IMG/VR virus record: IMGVR_UViG_3300045988_127492
Span: 87,921-151,920 of that record
From: a virus
Reading direction: 5' to 3' (one strand)
Length of the DNA stretch: 64,000 bases
The position numbers and the translations under genes were made by a program. The notes below the pieces were generated by a model that searched no databases, was not told the origin of the DNA, and worked only from the letters and a program-made list of their open reading frames with translations. Below are positions 60,351 through 64,000 of the stretch, one piece after another. Position 1 is the first letter of the stretch; each line of letters starts with the position of its first letter.

Positions 60351-60968
60351 ATGGAAGAATTATTTGATTTTCCAATTATGAAAAGTGGGGTGGATGAATT
60401 AGTTGCTGATATCATCAAAAGCAATTATGACAATCGTAGATTAATCATCAATGATGAAATCAACAATAATCTGTTAGAATCCATCTGTCTCTATATTTTG
60501 AAATATAATCAGGAAGATAAAGATGTCCCTGAGGATAAAAGAAAACCTATCTGGATTATTCTTAACTCCGTAGGTGGGGTCGTAAACTTCGGAATGGGAC
60601 TTATTGATTGTATCAAACATAGCATCACACCTGTATATTGCTTAGTAATCGGAATGGCTGCAAGCATGGCAAGTTATATTCCAATGGTATGTGATAAGTC
60701 ATATATCTTTCCAAACAGTACCATTTGTATTCATGATGGACAGACTGGTATTATGCAGACTTCCAGAAAAGCAAATGATATCATGAACTTCTACAATAAA
60801 TGTGATGAAAGATTGGCTGAACTTGTATATGCTAACACTTCTATTACTAAAGAGTTCTTAGATGGTATTGCTGACCGTGAATATTATATGTTCCCGGAAG
60901 AAGCTAAAGAATTAGGTATCGTTGATATTATTGTTGGTGTTGACTGCTCTATTGATGAAGTATTATGA
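60351..60968 (+). CDS. clpP: ClpP-family serine protease
   Basis: LNSVGGVV, GMAASMASYI (Ser), ICIHDGQTG (His), ADREYYMFPEEAKELGIVDII (Asp region). Confidence 0.8.
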   Translation: MEELFDFPIMKSGVDELVADIIKSNYDNRRLIINDEINNNLLESICLYILKYNQEDKDVPEDKRKPIWIILNSVGGVVNFGMGLIDCIKHSITPVYCLVIGMAASMASYIPMVCDKSYIFPNSTICIHDGQTGIMQTSRKANDIMNFYNKCDERLAELVYANTSITKEFLDGIADREYYMFPEEAKELGIVDIIVGVDCSIDEVL

Positions 60969-61309
60969 AATATTCCAAAAAGGATTTAATCGCTAAAGTT
61001 TCAGAGAAAACAGGCTATCAGGAAGAAAGTATATCTGAAATATATGAAGCTTTAGAAGAAACTGTGTATGATTTGCTCCTCTCGGCAAATGAACATAAGG
61101 ATGTAGAAGTCCGACTATTTTCAGGATTCGGTATGTTCAGTAAATTAGTGCCAAGTCATGAGAAAAAGATGCCTGACGGAGAAATTAAAACAATAGAACC
61201 TACATTAAAGTTTTCTGCCCGTTACAGCGCTCGCTGGAGGAAAGATAATATCAAAGTGTACAGAGAAGCTTTAAAATTGTGGGAAAGAGTGAAAGGAAGA
61301 AAAGGATAA
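60965..61309 (+). CDS. divergent HU/IHF-like DNA-binding protein
   Basis: KKDLIAKVSEKTGYQEESISEIYEALEETV...GFGMF... follows the HU fold pattern. 114 aa. Confidence 0.55.
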   Translation: MKYSKKDLIAKVSEKTGYQEESISEIYEALEETVYDLLLSANEHKDVEVRLFSGFGMFSKLVPSHEKKMPDGEIKTIEPTLKFSARYSARWRKDNIKVYREALKLWERVKGRKG

Positions 61310-61501
61310 ATGAATGGCGTAGAGATTAAAACAACGACTACTACCCAGATGAAAATCAAGAAAGCCACTATTGATGAACAGGGAACTGTTTATGTAGATG
61401 GCGAGGTAGTTGATCTTATCAATGCACTGAAGAATACATTTGAAGATTGTATTTTTGATTTAGCAGTGACAGAAAAGACAGAGGTTCCTGTAGAGGACTG
61501 A
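61310..61501 (+). CDS. hypothetical small acidic protein
   Basis: 63-aa ORF abutting the previous stop. Confidence 0.5.
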   Translation: MNGVEIKTTTTTQMKIKKATIDEQGTVYVDGEVVDLINALKNTFEDCIFDLAVTEKTEVPVED

Positions 61502-61507
61502 TGTTGA

Positions 61508-62281
61508 GTGCCCTGTGGTATATATTGCATTGAGAATAAAATAAATCATAAAAAATATGTTGGACAGTCTATTGATATAAAGTCACGATGGACCCAACAT
61601 AGACATACAAGTTCTTTAGTAAAAGATACATTTCTTTATAGAGCAATGGACAAATATGGTGTTGAAAACTTCGATTTTTATATACTCGAAGAATGTCAAC
61701 CTGATGAACTAGACAATAAAGAAATTTATTGGATAGCTGCCCTAGATACATATAATCATGGATATAATATGACTCTTGGCGGATCAGGTTTAGTAGGTTA
61801 CAACGCCTACAATAGAAATTGTATTCCTAAAAACTTTGGTATGCTTTCTGACGGTGTAGATGAAACTGTACCTATTATAAAGTTAGATACCAACTATGAG
61901 GTACTAGAGTATTATGTAAGCGTACAAGACTGTGCCAGAGCTAATGGCATAGCTTCCACAAACATTTCTAAAACTGCATCAGGGAAAAATAATACATGTC
62001 ACGGATACATTTTTATGTATTTCAATGATATTAAGGATATGACAACTGATGAAATTATAGCTTATCGGTCACATCAAAGGGACCATTATAAAGATTCTAC
62101 TTTAAAATCTATAGATCGAATCTCCTCTTCTGGAGAAGTTATCAATAATTATGTAAGCATTGCTCAGGCAGCTAAAGAACTACATTTAGATGCATCTTCT
62201 ATAAGTAAGGTGTGCAAAGGAAAACTAAAGCAAACTCACGGCTATAAATTTAGATATGCCGTAGTAAACAATAAAGAATAA
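61508..62281 (+). CDS. GIY-YIG homing endonuclease (free-standing)
   Basis: GIYCIENKINHKKYVGQS...R...H...YN motif series. The C-terminal half has two repeated DNA-binding modules (SVQDCARANGIASTNISK / SIAQAAKELHLDASSISK). Confidence 0.8.
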   Translation: MPCGIYCIENKINHKKYVGQSIDIKSRWTQHRHTSSLVKDTFLYRAMDKYGVENFDFYILEECQPDELDNKEIYWIAALDTYNHGYNMTLGGSGLVGYNAYNRNCIPKNFGMLSDGVDETVPIIKLDTNYEVLEYYVSVQDCARANGIASTNISKTASGKNNTCHGYIFMYFNDIKDMTTDEIIAYRSHQRDHYKDSTLKSIDRISSSGEVINNYVSIAQAAKELHLDASSISKVCKGKLKQTHGYKFRYAVVNNKE

Positions 62282-62298
62282 AAGGAGAAATAAACATT

Positions 62299-62571
62299 AT
62301 GACAAAAGCAGAAGTAATTACAAAAGTAGCAGAGACAACAGGAATCACAAAGAAAGATACAGGTGCAATGGTAGACGCTCTTCTTCAGGTTATCACTGAC
62401 GAACTGGTAGCAGGCGGAAAAGTTGCTTTCACTGGATTTGGTTCTTTCTCAGTAGTTGACAGAGCTGCTAGAGAATGCCGCAACCCACAGACAGGAGAAA
62501 CTATGATGACAGAAGCTCATACTGCTCCGAAATTCAAAGCTGGTAAAGCACTCAAAGATGCTGTGAAATAA
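62299..62571 (+). CDS. hup: HU-type DNA-binding protein
   Basis: MTKAEVITKVAETTGITKKDTGAMVDALL...GFGSFSVVDRAARECRNPQTGETM...FKAGKALKDAV, near-canonical HU. Confidence 0.9.
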   Translation: MTKAEVITKVAETTGITKKDTGAMVDALLQVITDELVAGGKVAFTGFGSFSVVDRAARECRNPQTGETMMTEAHTAPKFKAGKALKDAVK

Positions 62572-62618
62572 TTATACATATTGAATTGCTGGCCTAGAGA
62601 ATTCTAGGTTGGCAGTTT

Positions 62619-62691
62619 GTCCGGTTAGTCTAGCGGTGTAGGACACTGCGCTTTCAATGCAGTAACATGGGTTCAAATCCCGTACCGGATA
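62619..62691 (+). tRNA. tRNA-Glu (anticodon TTC)
   Basis: GTCCGGT/ACCGGAT acceptor, GTCTAGCGG D-arm, CTGCG-CTTTCAA-TGCAG anticodon arm, ATGGG-TTCAAAT-CCCGT T-arm. Confidence 0.85.
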
Positions 62692-62698
62692 TTGGTAT

Positions 62699-62734
62699 AT
62701 TTGAGAGATGTGGGGAACCTCAAATGTCTTTTTT
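62699..62734 (+). terminator. hairpin plus T-tract after tRNA-Glu
   Basis: ATTTGAG..(13 nt)..CTCAAAT followed by GTCTTTTTT. Confidence 0.45.
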
Positions 62735-62784
62735 CGTAAAATCATTTTTTTTCATAGGAGAGCTAGAACTCTCCTCCTTTCTTT

Positions 62785-62857
62785 GGCTCTATAGTTAAGC
62801 GGTTTATAACACCTGCCTGTCACGCAGGAGTCCGGAGTTCAACTCTCCGTAGAGCCG
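62785..62857 (+). tRNA. tRNA-Asp (anticodon GTC)
   Basis: GGCTCTA/TAGAGCC acceptor, CCTGC-CTGTCAC-GCAGG anticodon arm, CGGAG-TTCAACT-CTCCG T-arm. Confidence 0.9.
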
Positions 62858-62863
62858 TCATTT

Positions 62864-62946
62864 GCAAAGTAAATTCACAAGGCGTGGAACCGACCTGCTA
62901 AGTCGTGTGATCCGACAGGATTGAGTTTCGATTACTCTGCTTTGCG
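62864..62946 (+). tRNA. tRNA-Ser (anticodon GCT), class II, with weak stems
   Basis: GCAAAGT/GCTTTGC acceptor, 3-bp D-stem, CGAC-CTGCTAA-GTCG anticodon arm, variable-arm hairpin ATCC-gaca-GGAT. The T-arm has only 4 bp (GAGT-TTCGATT-ACTC). Confidence 0.55.
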
Positions 62947-63067
62947 CTAGATTGAAAACATGACACAAGTTTTGCAAGGAAGGATACTTTTAGGTGATAT
63001 TACATCATCCTATTAAGAGAATTCGCTGAGTTTTAGAATGTCTGACAATCTGGAAAGACAGATAAAT

Positions 63068-63151
63068 GTTACGTGTCCGGTAGGTCGAGGGTGCAGTCTT
63101 GAAAACTGTCTGGGCGTAAAAGCCTCTGGGGTTCGAATCCCTAACGTAACG
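63068..63151 (+). tRNA. tRNA-Ser (anticodon TGA), class II
   Basis: GTTACGT/ACGTAAC acceptor, GCAGT-CTTGAAA-ACTGT anticodon arm, variable arm GGGC-gtaaaa-GCCT, TGGGG-TTCGAAT-CCCTA T-arm. Confidence 0.8.
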
Positions 63152-63154
63152 TCT

Positions 63155-63236
63155 GGGAGAACTGTAGAGTTGGAGATCTACGGCGGTCTGTAAAACCGTT
63201 GCAATTGCTTTGAGTGTTCGAATCATTCTTCTCCCA
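63155..63236 (+). tRNA. tRNA-Tyr (anticodon GTA), class II
   Basis: GGGAGAA/TTCTCCC acceptor, GTAG..CTAC D-stem, GCGGT-CTGTAAA-ACCGT anticodon arm, GAGTG-TTCGAAT-CATTC T-arm. Confidence 0.85.
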
Positions 63237-63498
63237 TATTGAGATGATTATTTTTAAGACTATTACCGTAGGTTTAAACAGAGAGTTTAATCCTTCACTA
63301 CTCGCTGAGTACTTTTATCGGCGTGGGAAGCTTCTAAAGTGCTCGCACACATGCTCGACTTTGCCGAAGCGAAGTCGGGTATATGCACGGACATGTACTT
63401 GTTTGAAATTATCTCCCATAATACATCACCGCCTTTCGTTAGTGACGGTAATAGTCTATGTTTTGTATTATATCACAAACTATTATATATTGCAATAT

Positions 63499-63571
63499 CG
63501 CAGGTTACGTAGGATCGGCACCTCGGAGCTTTCATAGGGCTTGTAGATGGGTTCAACTCCCATACCTGCTA
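63499..63571 (+). tRNA. non-canonical tRNA-like element with CAT anticodon
   Basis: Good T-arm (ATGGG-TTCAACT-CCCAT), anticodon arm GAGCT-TTCATAG-GGCTT and 6-bp acceptor GCAGGT/ACCTGC. The acceptor-to-D-arm junction has 2 extra nt and only a 3-bp D-stem. Confidence 0.35.
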
Positions 63572-63576
63572 TTATC

Positions 63577-63599
63577 AAGATACTTCGGTATCTTTTTTT
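63577..63599 (+). terminator. Rho-independent terminator closing the tRNA cluster
   Basis: AAGATAC-TTCG-GTATCTT stem-loop followed by TTTTTTT. Confidence 0.85.
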
Positions 63600-63623
63600 A
63601 TTGGATGAAAAGGAGGTGCTCTA

Positions 63624-64000
63624 GTGGCACAAGAAGTTGAAAAAAAGCCAGTACCAAGAGCAAAGCCTAAAGCACCTGCTCAGAAAGTTATTGATCGTGC
63701 TATTGATGAAGCTCTTTATGAAGTTGGTCGTACTAAATTTACATGTAATATGTGTGGTAAATTGAAAGATTCTTCTGAATTTTATATGAGTACGGATCCA
63801 CTATGTACTACTGGTGTAACGAGGATATGCAAAGCATGTGCAGCTAAATTAGCATATTCTGAAGATTTAAAAGGTAATAAGAAAGCTCCTGATGAGCAAA
63901 GCGTGCAGTTAGCACTTAGATACTTAGATAAACCTTTTTTCCAAGATCTTTATGATAAATCTATACTCGAAGCTGCCAATACAATGTCTGGTAAAGGGAA
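63624..64000 (+). CDS. 5' part of a protein with an N-terminal zinc ribbon (continues beyond the window)
   Basis: GTG start 7 nt after AAGGAGG. Open frame to the window end: VAQEVEKKPVPRAK...CNMCGKLK...CKACAAKL...LRYLDKPFFQDLYDK. Not in the ORF track because it is truncated. Confidence 0.6.
   Translation, partial: MAQEVEKKPVPRAKPKAPAQKVIDRAIDEALYEVGRTKFTCNMCGKLKDSSEFYMSTDPLCTTGVTRICKACAAKLAYSEDLKGNKKAPDEQSVQLALRYLDKPFFQDLYDKSILEAANTMSGKG

Noticed and set aside
60351-60968. The ClpP-family gene acting as the capsid maturation (prohead) protease.
   Set aside because: It sits among PhoH, HU and endonuclease genes, not next to portal or major capsid genes, and none of those is visible in this window. 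The role is left open rather than called.
63005-63640. Track ORFs 63005-63226, 63214-63537 and 63458-63640.
   Set aside because: They overlap tRNA-Ser, tRNA-Tyr, the tRNA-like element and the terminator. They show no RBS.
1-64000. Genome-wide stop-codon reassignment (TGA to Trp or TAG to Gln), as seen in some gut phages, prompted by the in-frame TGA at 22918 and the in-frame TAA at 30062.
   Set aside because: All three stop codons terminate well-supported genes at expected ends. TGA ends ligA just after the BRCT domain, and TAA and TAG end many overlapping genes. The two interrupted genes use different stop codons. None of the 10 tRNA or tRNA-like genes has a TCA, CTA or TTA anticodon.

Overview
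The window reads as part of a large phage or prophage genome from a low-GC Firmicute-type host. The evidence is AGGAGG-type ribosome-binding sites, sigma-A type TTGACA-N17-TATAAT promoters, lipobox lipoproteins and AT-rich codon usage. No virion structural genes were recognised.

Layout: about 105 tightly packed, often overlapping leftward genes occupy 1-49214. A ~2 kb non-coding control region (49215-51300) carries divergent promoters, operators, iteron-like repeats and one small RHH gene. A rightward module runs from 51306 to the window end. Ten tRNA or tRNA-like genes lie in two clusters (8.6-10.9 kb on the minus strand, 62.6-63.6 kb on the plus strand).

Recognisable content:
- An NAD+ island: NadE, macro domain, NAMPT-family, Prs-family and nicotinamidase genes.
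- NAD-dependent LigA, a T4-Pnk-like kinase fused to an HD domain, and an AAA+ ATPase.
- A tyrosine integrase, a DndB/ParB-like DGQHR protein and a catalytically degenerate recombinase-like protein.
- Two HicA-type toxin loci, two antirepressor-like proteins and a radical-SAM/SPASM enzyme.
- PIN-PhoH, ClpP and two HU-like proteins.
- Three homing-endonuclease-type genes.

The most unusual signals:
1. A YonO/RdRP-like single-subunit RNA polymerase gene is split exactly inside its DxDGD catalytic motif by a 992-nt group I intron that carries an HNH endonuclease.
2. About 21 small translationally coupled ORFs from three different N-terminal families all end in the same L-x-x-L-I-x-x-R-R tail. They include an 8-copy array of PcrA/UvrD-Tudor-like (H-x-x-F-G-x-G-K-V) proteins and a ~10-copy family flanking the radical-SAM/SPASM gene.
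3. The Prs-like plus NAMPT-like pair looks like an NAD+ reconstitution counter-defence module embedded in a larger NAD gene set.
4. A four-member family shares an invariant MKIRxGFVTNSSSSSF N-terminus.

Hand-derived coordinates may be off by 1-2 nt. One local inconsistency between my base counting and the ORF track was seen near 25.5 kb.
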